A stretch of 59,399 nucleotides of DNA, the filler included, from Sphacelaria rigidula (Eukaryota), in NCBI GenBank assembly GCA_964200075.2. It is 8 parts of 8 records of this genome, joined end to end, with 100 filler letters (N's around TTAATTAATTAA, not from the genome) between each part and the next. Parts side by side here need not be neighbours in the genome. Positions count along the whole stretch, not along the records: positions 1 to 7,338 come from CAXNAA020015367.1; positions 7,439 to 14,776 come from CAXNAA020015368.1; 6 more parts are not named here. The stretch is one strand, 5' to 3'. Positions 1 to 10,494 of the stretch are shown here, one piece after another; position 1 is the first letter of the stretch, and every line of letters begins with the position of its first letter. Below the pieces are notes generated by a model that was not told where the DNA came from, searched no databases, and was given only the letters and a program-made list of their open reading frames with translations. Made by a program: the position numbers and the translations under genes.

Positions 1-3000
1 TGTAAAATAACCAACCGTAAGTATCCATCTTGTTATTTTCACTCGTTATTTGCAAATAACGAGGGGAAATAACCAACCGGAAGAAACGGCCTTTTATACT
101 CGTGGAAGTATTTAGTTTCCTCCTGGAAAAAAATCCAACTGCCCGACACATGCCCGAGTGGCGCATAACACATCGTCCTCCGCAAGCAAAAGATAATGGT
201 ACAGACAGAACGATATCATCATGTAGGTGCTGCACCGGTTTGTGTTGCATGTGGTAAAGTGGGACAAAGCTAGAAATTTGTACGGTATACCGTCCGCGCT
301 GGTGACCTACCTGCAACCATTCAAATCCCACGTCATCATCTGGTATTCGGCCGAAATCTCAAGTACACGTCTTCCTCCTTGAGAGTGCTCGTGGAGGTGA
401 AAGTAAACAAAAACTGCCGAGTCAAGATATTTTTCGGCGACCACGGAAGCCTTCATTCAACGGCGCGGCTATCGCGTTTTTAAATCCACTGCCGAGCACA
501 CGGCCGGGCGGCTTACACAATATCTTACTCGACAAGTTTTCAGAGGATCGCAAGGGATAGTTGGTGGTACATACAGACAAATGCGACTCGTCATGTCGAT
601 ACTTCACCGGTGCTCGGCAGGATGATGCTATCATACATGTTCGTACGATGACGGATAAAGGTGAAAGGTTCATCTAATTTATTCTGGAGGCCAGTCTTCA
701 CCTCTCGGTATATGTGGGGGCATCAGCCGCGGTTATACAAACAGTAGTATAAGGACATGTACTTGATAGAAATTGACGCTCAAGCACAAGAAGGGAATAG
801 AGAAAGGATTAACGTGTCGCGCTAGGAATGGAATCGTACCGACTGTACCGAGGCTTCCACCCACAACACTCGCCACGCTGAGTTCTTGTGCTGAGCTCAT
901 TATAACTGCAGGCTTCTGTACCGCAAATTCGATGAGTTTACAGCCAAATCTGACAGAACATGTTTCGTTTCATGGCCCATGCAATGAGGAGATATTCGAT
1001 TCTCAACATTTAATGACAGTCGACAATCGACACTCGCACGGGATTCGATGTTCGCAATAAAGAATGTCGTAGGCTTGGCGTCCGAAGTGCTGGCATATAG
1101 AAGCAGGAAGTGTCTCTTCACCCGGACGATTTCACGGGAAAGCTCAGCTTTGGACTGAACACAGGAAAACACACTTGGACATCAGGGCAAACACCATTGG
1201 CCCTTTGAACTCCGGTACACTCAGCACTGCTAGTAAGGCAGGAAGCGACACAGGGCCAGACGGGGGGGCAAATGCCGTCTACCTCTTGTGGTTTACTGTA
1301 CTGGATACAGTCAGCACCCGAGAGCATGCACGGTAGACCTACCTGCAGCTTGTACCACAGTCTCAGATACAGTTCGAGATGAACAGTTGTTCAGCAGAAA
1401 ACGGTGGATCTAGTGACAGATGAAGAATGCATGGGTGTCGGTGGATGCTGCATGATTTCGTCGATCAAGTTCGTTCATGTCCTGTACGAAGTACATAATG
1501 CGGAAAATGGAACTGCTGGTGTTGGGCCATATAGATGGCAACGGTTTTTTTTTCACTTCGTATTTGGATTGATTTTCGATGGGAAACTGGAAAAAAAAAC
1601 GCCGGAGAACGGGTTTCATGTAATCTCGTCCGGCAATAAATCGAATACTATCCCCATGAACAAATCTGACAATGTTGCATACACGATGAGCTCACGGAAA
1701 TCGTAACGAGTCCGCGATGGAAGTGCACCCCCACATCAGATGCACCCCCACATCAGATACCAGCACAAATACATCCAACCCATGATGCCGATAAAACAGA
1801 CACGACGACCCGGCTCGTCCGAGAAGGACATGATTGAATTCCGACCGTCCAACAACGTTAGCAGCGATTACCGACCTACAACATTATATATGGTAGAGAA
1901 GACCGCCGGAAAGGATGGCAATTGCGAGGGTGTGGTAGTATACAGAAACGAACACGGGTATAGCCAACAACATTTCCTCAACTCCCTTGCGAACCTATCC
2001 TACGCGGGGCAGGCAGGTCTTCCGATGGTAATGTTGGAGCAAGTAGTCTCAAGAATTCTGACAACCCGACTGCAGGTGCGTTTTGCTTAAGAACGAAGAC
2101 GAAAAAAAAAGGATGAGAACATATGTACTGTACGTCTCAGCAATATTTGTTTGTGGATCACGTATGCAGTACGGTACAGTGGGCAGAGAGAGACTGGACG
2201 AGGGCCTTCTTCTACGCGACAGGTCGACAGGGGCCTTGCGCTGTAGGAACCACCTGGTGCTCTGGCGTTTACTTCGCAATCGCAGCCCCTATCCACACGC
2301 CTGCCTTGTGGCCAGTGAACGGCATGATACGACCGAGACAAATATCAGTGTGGTTACCCCACGTGCGCTGGGCCGGTGAATGGGTGACCTAATACAGAGG
2401 ACACAGTGAACTCGCCCAGAATAAGTCCAAGCATGAAGACGGCGCACGCCATTTGCCGCATCAACATCAGCACTTTTGGCAATCCAATTTCCCAACACGT
2501 CATATTCCGCTCACAAGCTGCGATACATACCTTTTCTCGCTCCCGAGCGGTTCAACGAAAAAAGCTCACTGGGCACCTGACGTCGCTATGCAGCAGTGCG
2601 TCGTGCAGCGGAGTTGTCGCTACCGCCAAACACCGAACTACAGACCAGAGAGAGTCACAGAGTGGTATACTCAAGTCGGTACTTCCGTCCATATATGTTT
2701 TTGTCCAATCGTTAGATTGTAAAACGACAATTCGGGACCTTCTTCCGGACCCTGCCATGTCATGTCATGCAATGTTCTACCGACAGGACATAACCCAGGT
2801 ACCCAAAAAACGATATCAGGGTACCGTTTGAGATAATGTACCCGGATGAACTAAACGAGGTACCTCGCCCAAAATACTGGGTATGCCATTCCCAGTCCAC
2901 CCATTTTAGGATCTTTCTGAGATCTCCAGTGCTGTTGCCCTGTGGAACGACCTCTTTGTTTTGTGGACGAGCAGACCGTTCACCTTTTCAGTTCTGCGGT

Positions 3001-3559
3001 GGCTCTTCATTCAGCTACAGACTAAACTTTTTTCTCCATACAAAAATCGACCGGTATTTATTTTTTATTTTTCCACGCCTGTGTCAATCAATCGGGACGC
3101 TTTCATTATCCCCGGGGGGCCGGCCGCCGACAGCATATTGTCCTGCACCGGTGAGATACACAATATTCTCAACCCCTTTGGTGGATGATCGACAAGTCAG
3201 GATCGTAGCTGTTGTTCTTGCTGTTTCTTGTTGCAAAATTTTGGGGAAGACTTGAACACATCCCAGGTGCACAAGCTATCCTCCTGGGAATCCTGGTTGA
3301 TTCGGGATTTTCACCTTCGGTCCTGATATTCCAGAACACCCCAGAAGCAGCGCCGCTGAGACGGTGGTGTCGTTTGGGGGGAAAGAGCACACGCGTATAT
3401 ACTACCCGCAGCTTGACTTCGTGGTGCTCTACGGGACGGGGGGGAGAGCAAGAGATAATGATTCTGCGACCTAACGGCAGCTGCCGCGGGGAGAAGGCTC
3501 ATATGTCCCCAGATGTCGTGGCAGTTCGAGCAGCACGACGTCCTCGTTTGCGCCATGGG

Positions 3560-3874
3560 ATGAAAGGGCTCCCGTCTTTCGTGACCATGCTGATACTTCC
3601 GCTGCTACTACTGCTAAGTGAGCGGTGTGTCTCGGGACAGCGGCTGCTACTAGATGCGTACGACACTATAAGCGAGGAAGACATGGATGTCGGCGGCGCC
3701 TGTGTGGACGGTTGTACGAGAGAAGTGGTTGAGGGAGTGAGCGCCGTTTCAGGAGAGACTGATTGCGACCTTCGAGTTTTGAATCTGCTCGACCATGTTG
3801 ATGGGGACGTCCAGGGAGGCACACTGAACATCGTGCACTCTTGCTTGGATTCCAACAGTAGCTTTCGCTATCAG
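3560..3874 (+). CDS. Probable first coding exon of a secreted/membrane protein of unknown function (partial gene)
   Basis: ATG at 3560 gives MKGLPSFVTMLILPLLLLLSERCVSG|QRLLL, a signal-peptide-like start, then acidic Cys-containing sequence. Ends at a phase-0 donor TATCAG|GTGTGT (3874/3875); 105 codons. Confidence 0.6.
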
Positions 3875-5837
3875 GTGTGTGCGTGTTCGTGTGAGTGCGC
3901 GCCAAAGGCTTCGCTCGCGCTGTGCTTGGCGCACATGAGCCATCGTAACTTGCGACATCTGTATTTTTTATTTTTGCAGACAACAACAGTTGTACAGTAA
4001 AACCGACCGTTAAAGCGCGCGCTTAGATTGTATGCTGACTTTCTGTAGTGAGAGAAGTAGGTGTCGTTGTTGGGGAGTCGGCTTGGTCCTTTCCTAGCAT
4101 CAACATGTTTGCCGCTGCATGCTCTGATGTCGGCTTGTAAGCGAGAGGCAATGCCACTGGCTTGTACGGTAGTGCACTGTATATTCAAATACGCTTCTGT
4201 GCGTTCTATTGAGTTAGTGACGTCGTCGGTGCTGATTATAGTTCACCGTCGACTACAAATTTCTCCTACTGCTACTACACCGTTGCCTGCCTGTGATGGC
4301 TCAAATACAGCGACGAAGGGCCAACGGCCGATCGAATGAATACAGCTTACTATAGAATAGATGAACACGACAATCGTTGTGGAGACGAAAAGTTACACTC
4401 GCTCGCCGGTAGGGCAGTACACATGCGCAGGAACAACGGTCCGAGGGGTTGGGTGGGCCTCTAGGGATATTTATGACCCTCCCGATCATGTTCACCGAGG
4501 AAAATAAAAACGTCGACCTGTTTCTAAGGACGCACATCAAGGACGAGTAGACCCCTTCATCTCCGGCAAACGGAAGACCGTAACCATGTTTTTTTCCAGT
4601 GACGTATTTTATCTCATGTGGCAAGAATGTCTTCTCATAAGTCTTGAATATCGTTGAATATCGACTCATGGTACATGAAGGTCGCGGACGTCTGGAAGTG
4701 ACGATCAAACCAGTCATGTACAGGAGAAGCTCCCCGAGTAACCAATTTTGTCGCCGCAAAAAAAAAAAACAGATGAAGTCCTCGACGGCAATGTGCACTC
4801 TTTGCGATGTCTCCAGAGCACGAAGGCGCTGTTGTGGTCATTTTTTGCGTGGAAAACAAGAAAATTGATAACCTGTCAGCCTGTGAGCGAGAACGGTTTA
4901 TGTAGGTCGAGACACAGAATAGTTTTTTCCTGTGCCCTTTTGTACCGGTTTGTAAATGGAAAAACGGAATTCCTTGCATGTTCGTGGGGGGCACTGTAGT
5001 GCTTGAGAACAGCAATCGGTATGCACCCACGTTGACGTATCCTCTCCTGGAGACTGCCCTCCTCGGTTGCTCGCCGAACTGTTCCTTTTCCCTTTCGACA
5101 TTTCGATAGCGTTCATCATGTGTGCTTCTCAGATTGATTTCATGGCATCCTCTCACTTTGAGTAATACCAGCCCAGTAACGGTTGAACATACTTCGTTTT
5201 CTTTAAGCCGTGTGGTGTGGGGTTTAACTTTTCAACTGCCAGCGTAGGTCATTTGTTTCAGTCATTATTATAATGAAAATGATGCTGTTTCAGCAGACTC
5301 CAATCTGGCGGTTGAGGGGTCCAGGCCAGGCGCATCCTCGCGCCTACTGCTCCTGACACCCCCCGGACGAGTTGACAAAGCTCAAATTGACATAGTGTGC
5401 TCGGGACGATGAAATTGGCGCCGAACAGGACACGGAATGGTGACACGCTGCACACGCAAGGCAACTATTAGGGTCTACTTCTTGTGAATGTTCACCTGAG
5501 AAGAAGTTCAATTTCAGTCGTCACATATACACGCGATGACGAATTTGGCTGCCCCAGCTTGTAATTTCGCTTTACACATCAGGGGCATCAGGGCGTGGGA
5601 GAGGTCATATGACCACTTGATGAAGGAAAGATATTGAGATATCGGTCACCCCAACAGCCCAATCCCAACACACAGCACCCCAAGAACCCTCGATCGGGTG
5701 AGGTGCAACGTGTACCGTAGGCAAGCTGTGACGTTGGCGGACCTCAAATCGGCGCCTGCTGCGCTGATTGTGACGAAGACGCGTTCTGCGCAATTTCTGC
5801 GCACGCAGGAGTACTTGGGATTGTGAGACCCGTTTAA

Positions 5838-5936
5838 CCCTTAGACCGGGAGGGTAGTCTTATCTGCACCATGCATACTTTGTTTCCCTTGAAATTGATG
5901 CCGATTCAATAGAAGACTAACCTCGCGGTCTAAGGG
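5838..5936. mobile_element. 99-bp piggyBac-type MITE with TTAA target sites
   Basis: TTAA|CCCTTAGACCGGGAGGGTAGTC ... GACTAACCTCGCGGTCTAAGGG|TTAA: ~22-bp TIRs, CCC/GGG termini, TTAA at 5834-5837 and 5937-5940. Confidence 0.8.
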
Positions 5937-5940
5937 TTAA

Positions 5941-6015
5941 CCCTTGGACCGCGAGGGTAGTCTCTCTGGATCATCATGCATACTTTTTTTCATTTGAAAT
6001 TGATGCCGATTGGGT
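5941..6015 (+). mobile_element. Left end of a second, related piggyBac-type element (right end not identified)
   Basis: CCCTTGGACCGCGAGGGTAGTC...CATGCATACTTT...TGAAATTGATGCCGATT repeats the first ~70 bp of the MITE and shares its TTAA. Confidence 0.65.
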
Positions 6016-7272
6016 CAAGATCCGAATTCCGATATTCACACTAGAATCAAGTGAAACCAGTTCAAGGTCGTTCCACCAAGTGGCAGAATCTACTATTTTA
6101 GTTAGGGGAGACTCAAAATCGTCGCTCATGGCAAATCTAGTTTTGAAGTATTTTGGTCCAAGCTTGCGCTTGGAAGATCGAGTTGGGAGCTTGATCCTAG
6201 AACGGCTGTAACACTGGGTCAACCAAATTTGACGTACTTTACACAGGCAACGACCTGCCCTGGCGATGGAAGGGGCAAGTTGTCGCAGATACGTGCACAG
6301 CTTTTTTACCCCTCGGATTTTGCGATGGAACACGATGCAGTGTTGGCTGGAGGTAACCTAAGCGTCCTCCCAAAATATTTCTGCCCGGATCATGAGTCTG
6401 TGCAAAATATTTCGAGGTTTGATGTGATTGACCCGTTGACGACAAACCCATCAATTCGATTCCCCTGAAATCAAAAGTCGAAGGGTGAAGCTGAGGGATC
6501 GAGATATCTCGAACTTGATACCCCTGGTAAATTTTACTGACAGTAAATTTTTCTATTTTTTGCAGGAATATCGAGTTTCGGATGCCTCTGATATTGACGA
6601 CTGGCCCTTAATTGCGGTACCAGATTTGTATCACCGCCAGGAAGGCGGGTAATTTTTTCAGTCATTTTCGAGCAAGATTAGTCCAGCTCAGCGTGTTACG
6701 GTCGAAGGATAGAAAATTCAGGCCGTGTCCTATCGAAGTGTTCTCCATCGAAAACGTACGGTGGAATCGAATGCACTCGTATCTGATACGTCCACGGCAT
6801 TCATGCTGTCAGCCATCTGAGAGATAACCATCGTGGACGAATGAAGGACGAGCGAATTCGATTCAACCGCATATCCTCGCCACGAAATCAAATTGATTAG
6901 GCAAGGTCTTTTGCGAACTTTTTTTTCTACTCAAAATCATTCAAGGAATTGCTCCGGAAGACGATGGAAGAATACAAAAAAAGGTATACGACTGGTGAGG
7001 ATTTCTCCTGCATTTAAGATCTCGAACTTTTGGTAATACAAGGTAGTAGCAAGGGTCAACCCTTAGGACGAGCCGGAATAATTTTGCCTCTACAGCTGAA
7101 AGTTTTGAAAACTTGCCGACAGAATTTGTTGACACACCAACCGCATGGCCCGTTGGAGAATCGGCATAACATGATCCTTTTTTCAAGTAAAAATTATACC
7201 AATTCCACTAACGGACACCTCCTGCGCAAACGGGGGTGCAGTCACCCTTTTATCACTTTCACTTGTTAAAGC

Positions 7273-7338
7273 CGGTCGCCCCGGTGGCTCAGTTGGTAAC
7301 CTCGTAACCTTCTGATGGTTGAGTTGGGGGGTTCGATT
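7273..7338 (+). mobile_element. tRNA-derived SINE head or tRNA pseudogene, truncated by the contig end
   Basis: A-box-like GGTGGCTCAGTTGGTA and B-box-like GGGGTTCGATT at tRNA-like spacing; no clean anticodon arm. Confidence 0.55.
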
Positions 7339-7438
7339 NNNNNNNNNNNNNNNNNNNNNNNNNNNNNNNNNNNNNNNNNNNNTTAATTAATTAANNNNNN
7401 NNNNNNNNNNNNNNNNNNNNNNNNNNNNNNNNNNNNNN
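7339..7438. other. Artificial contig spacer (44 N + TTAATTAATTAA + 44 N)
   Basis: Identical 100-bp linker carrying stop codons in all six frames; recurs every ~7437 bp. Confidence 0.99.
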
Positions 7439-7790
7439 CCCGTATATCTCCAGTTGTTCTTCCTCGTCTACTTTGCGTCTGAGCGATCCTTTTCCACTTA
7501 TTTCGATCATATCTCTTACTTCTGCCTCGTACCCCGCGTCTTCACCGATGGACAGTATTTCGTCTTGGTACTTCCTATCTCCTTCCACACTTTCTCGACT
7601 TCTGTATCCCACCTTACTCCAGCCTGCCCTTTCGTACATTTCTTCCATACAGCCCTATCAACTATAGCTGGCAATCGCTTGCTCTGCATGTTCTTTACGC
7701 TATACTGCCATCGCAACTTCCTCATGTCTCTGTTTTTTTCAAGTGAGTAAATATACATTCCCAACTCTGCTCTCAAGGCTGTGCTGGGGG
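7439..7790 (-). mobile_element. Non-LTR (LINE) ORF2 C-terminal remnant, frameshifted
   Basis: RAELGMY..LEKNRDMRKLRWQYSVKNMQSKRLPAIVDRAVWKKCTKGQAGVRWDTEVEKVWKEIG / EILSIGEDAGYEAEVRDMIE..LRRKVDEEEQLEIYG resembles the post-RT region of brown-algal LINEs (recalled, not searched). Confidence 0.75.
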
Positions 7791-8846
7791 GGAGGAGGTG
7801 GGGGAGGGGGGCAGCAACCGTGTCTCATCGTAACTCAGTCACATCCGTCGACTACCAACGCTTGCGAGAATTATGGCGAAACGAAGTCCAATTGGTTGGG
7901 TACCTAAACAAACGGAGAGAATAGAGCTCTATGAACGTGTTCGTCGAGTTCGGCGTTGCCAAAACACTGAAAAGAATGCCCAACTTTGATACGAAAATCT
8001 GGGGATGGACCAGTCCTATCCCCGAATTCACTCTTTTTCGTCTTTGCTGCCGGAAAGTGATGCATTGTGATGCGTAGAGGTATGTGCCAAAGGAAAAGAG
8101 ATGGAAAGTCCCCGGTGTTCCATTTTCGTAGTCATCGCCGATTTCTGGTGAGAAATGAGTGATGAGGGGGCATCGCTGCTGAACGTGCGTCACTATATCT
8201 TGATCGTAACCCATGAACACCAAGTTTTGGGAGATGGCTGTCAAGATTTATATTAATGGGTCAAGAAAAAAAATATTCTCGTCGAGTATGGCGTTGCAAA
8301 ACAGACTTAATGGCCAAATTTGTTGCGAAAACCAGGGGATACGCCATTTTCATCCCCGCCTCATTTTTTATTTTTTTTTCCTGCGAAACGTACCGCACTA
8401 GTCTCATGAACATTTGTGCAAGGAGAAGGTCTGAAACGTCCCAGATCGCGAGAAATCAACTGTCACGAACGTGTATTTAAATTGAAACAGAGGGTATTTT
8501 TGCTCCATTTTCACGTCAAAAGAGCCACTGCCCCACTGATACTCCTGCAGCTTGGTGTGATGATTTTTCAATTTTGAAACGCGTCAAGTGCCTTGCCCGT
8601 ATCTTAATCGAGACATTCACCTCTATGGGTTTCGTTGCGGACAAGATTCAAGCCTCAGATATACAGAGGCTATGTTTCGATTATTATATAGATGAAGTAT
8701 GGAGCACGACACACAGACTGAGAGCGAGTCCCTCGTGGGAACCAGACAGGTAGTAAGCTGTTAGTTGTGGGAGATGATCCTCGCCGATGTCGTTTAGGGG
8801 ACTGGACATGAGGAAATCGGGGAACATCAGCAACGTGCTCTCCACG

Positions 8847-8847
<1 letters not shown>

Positions 8848-8907
<60 letters not shown>
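8848..8907. repeat. (CA)n microsatellite
   Basis: ~30 CA units. Confidence 0.98.
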
Positions 8908-8908
<1 letters not shown>

Positions 8909-8998
8909 CACACCGCCCTCCTTTATACGTCTCGGGTCTGTGAATAGTGCGAGACAGTCCGACGGGTTGTGCCCTGGAGAAGCTAATTTCGTTCTCGT

Positions 8999-9005
<7 letters not shown>

Positions 9006-9039
<34 letters not shown>

Positions 9040-9058
9040 TCGTCATCGTCGTTGTTGT
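9006..9058. repeat. (GTC)n microsatellite, intronic just upstream of an acceptor
   Basis: Direct reading. Confidence 0.95.
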
Positions 9059-9075
9059 CAAATTGTTGCTCGCAG

Positions 9076-9192
9076 CACACGGGCGTCATCTATGGTCTCA
9101 CTTCGGCGGGCGCTGCGCTGTTCGGTTCCCTGGGGACATACTTGACGGGAGTTGTGTTGGATAACACCCACTCTTGGGCCATGGTGTTCGAG
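9076..9192 (+). CDS. MFS transporter, anion:cation symporter (SLC17/PHT4-like) family, penultimate exon
   Basis: CGCAG|CAC...GAG|GTGAGG; HTGVIYGLTSAGAALFGSLGTYLTGVVLDNTHSWAMVFE matches the TM11-loop signature G..T.LTG.LLD.T.SW..VF; phase 0 at both ends. Confidence 0.85.
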
Positions 9193-9374
9193 GTGAGGCG
9201 TGAAATTCTGTGTGTTTTGTCTCTTTTCTTGCTCACGGTGGCTAGGGTGGAGTATGGGACGGGTACGTGGCGCCCGTATTCGAGGTATTCTGGATCATCG
9301 ATTTTTTTCGGCAGTCGACACCCTAGCTACCCTGCTGCATTCGGTACTCACAAGCAACTGTGAACTCCTCATGC

Positions 9375-9775
9375 TACCTTGTGCTGCTGTACCGCACTGT
9401 AACCACCTATGGTACCTTGTGTTATCACGGCACGGTACCGTAACCACCTGTGGTACCTTGCGGTGATTACGGCACGATACCGTAACCATCTGTGACACCG
9501 TGTGTTATCACGGTGCGGTACCACAACCACCTATCGTATATTGTGTTATTACGACCTGGCACCGTAACCACCTGTGGTACCCCGGTTTTTTACGGTACGG
9601 TACCGTAACCATCTATGGTATCTTCTTGTGTTATTGCGGTACGGTGTCGTGAACAAATGTGGCACCGTGTGTTATTACGGTACCGTGCCGTAACCACTTG
9701 TGGTACCTAGTGTTTTTGCGGTACGGTACGGTAACCACCTGTGGTACCTTGTGCAGGGTACGGTACCATAGCCAT
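9375..9775. repeat. Intronic degenerate minisatellite, ~41-bp unit, ~9-10 copies
   Basis: TAACCACCT-like cores at 9400, 9441, 9483, 9524, 9565, 9606, 9650, 9691, 9732; consensus ~GGTACCGTAACCACCTGTGGTACCTTGTGTTATTACGGTAC. Confidence 0.9.
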
Positions 9776-10404
9776 CACATGCTTCTTGTTTCTGATGCTG
9801 ACGTGCGTGGTGAAGGGTGCCTTGTGCAGCACGGGTGTGCTTTTGTCCCCGAAACGGGGCTTCTCCACTTTCGATGCAATTTGTTTCTGTCTTTGCATGA
9901 AGTGTGATCAGCTAAAACGGATTGCCGGTTGTTTGTGAAAAACAACGCGTTCCGATGCATGCCGTTATTACTTTGTTCGCGGATAATGAAAGGGCGTACG
10001 ATTCTCGGAACGGCGATTCTTGTGAGGTATGATACACGTTCGTGGATCACCGACGAGCCTGTGCTTTGCATAGCATTTCTGGTGTGTCGTGATACTCTCC
10101 TTCTCTTGCTGATTGAAGACGCTCTTGCTATATTCCGACTGCAGGTCTGCAAAAAATCTGCATGAAAGGGCTAACGCGATGGTGGATAACGGCTCTACAA
10201 CATTTCCACCATGTGAACTAACTCTTTATTTCTTTCTTTCTCGTCATTTTGCAATTATTATTTTCTTCACCTCGGCGCCGCCCAGCCATAGTGCTCATCA
10301 CCCTTGTTTCATTCCTTTTTCTTCCCTACTTTCTTCTCCCCTCCCCTCTCTTTTTTTTTTTTGCACGTTCGGAACTCGCCCGTGTTGTTTTTTGGTATTG
10401 GCAG

Positions 10405-10494
10405 GCTACTGCTGCCGTGTACGCTGTGGGAGCAGTGGTTTACGGGGTTGGCTACCGTGCGGAACCTCTGGCGCTTCCAAGCAAGGATTCTTGA
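10405..10494 (+). CDS. MFS transporter (SLC17/PHT4-like), last exon (TM12 + stop)
   Basis: TGGCAG|GCT; ATAAVYAVGAVVYGVGYRAEPLALPSKDS*; splices in frame to 9076-9192. Confidence 0.85.
   Translation, partial: ATAAVYAVGAVVYGVGYRAEPLALPSKDS

Noticed and set aside
300..700. Minus-strand gene fragment ending at CAG|GTAGGT
   Set aside because: Candidate frames are interrupted by stops and show no recognisable family; cannot be supported.
7273..7338. Functional tRNA gene
   Set aside because: A/B boxes are present but there is no canonical anticodon stem-loop and it is truncated at the contig end; SINE-like.
7383..7394. TTAATTAATTAA as a biological palindrome or piggyBac site
   Set aside because: Embedded in N runs and identical at all seven joins; it is an assembly linker.
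8684..9164. Poly-Thr/Val/Asp and VCVC/THTH ORFs
   Set aside because: Translations of intronic microsatellites.
9375..9775. CRISPR-like or coding repeat
   Set aside because: The whole unit is repeated and degenerate, it lies in an intron, and its ORFs are short and incoherent.
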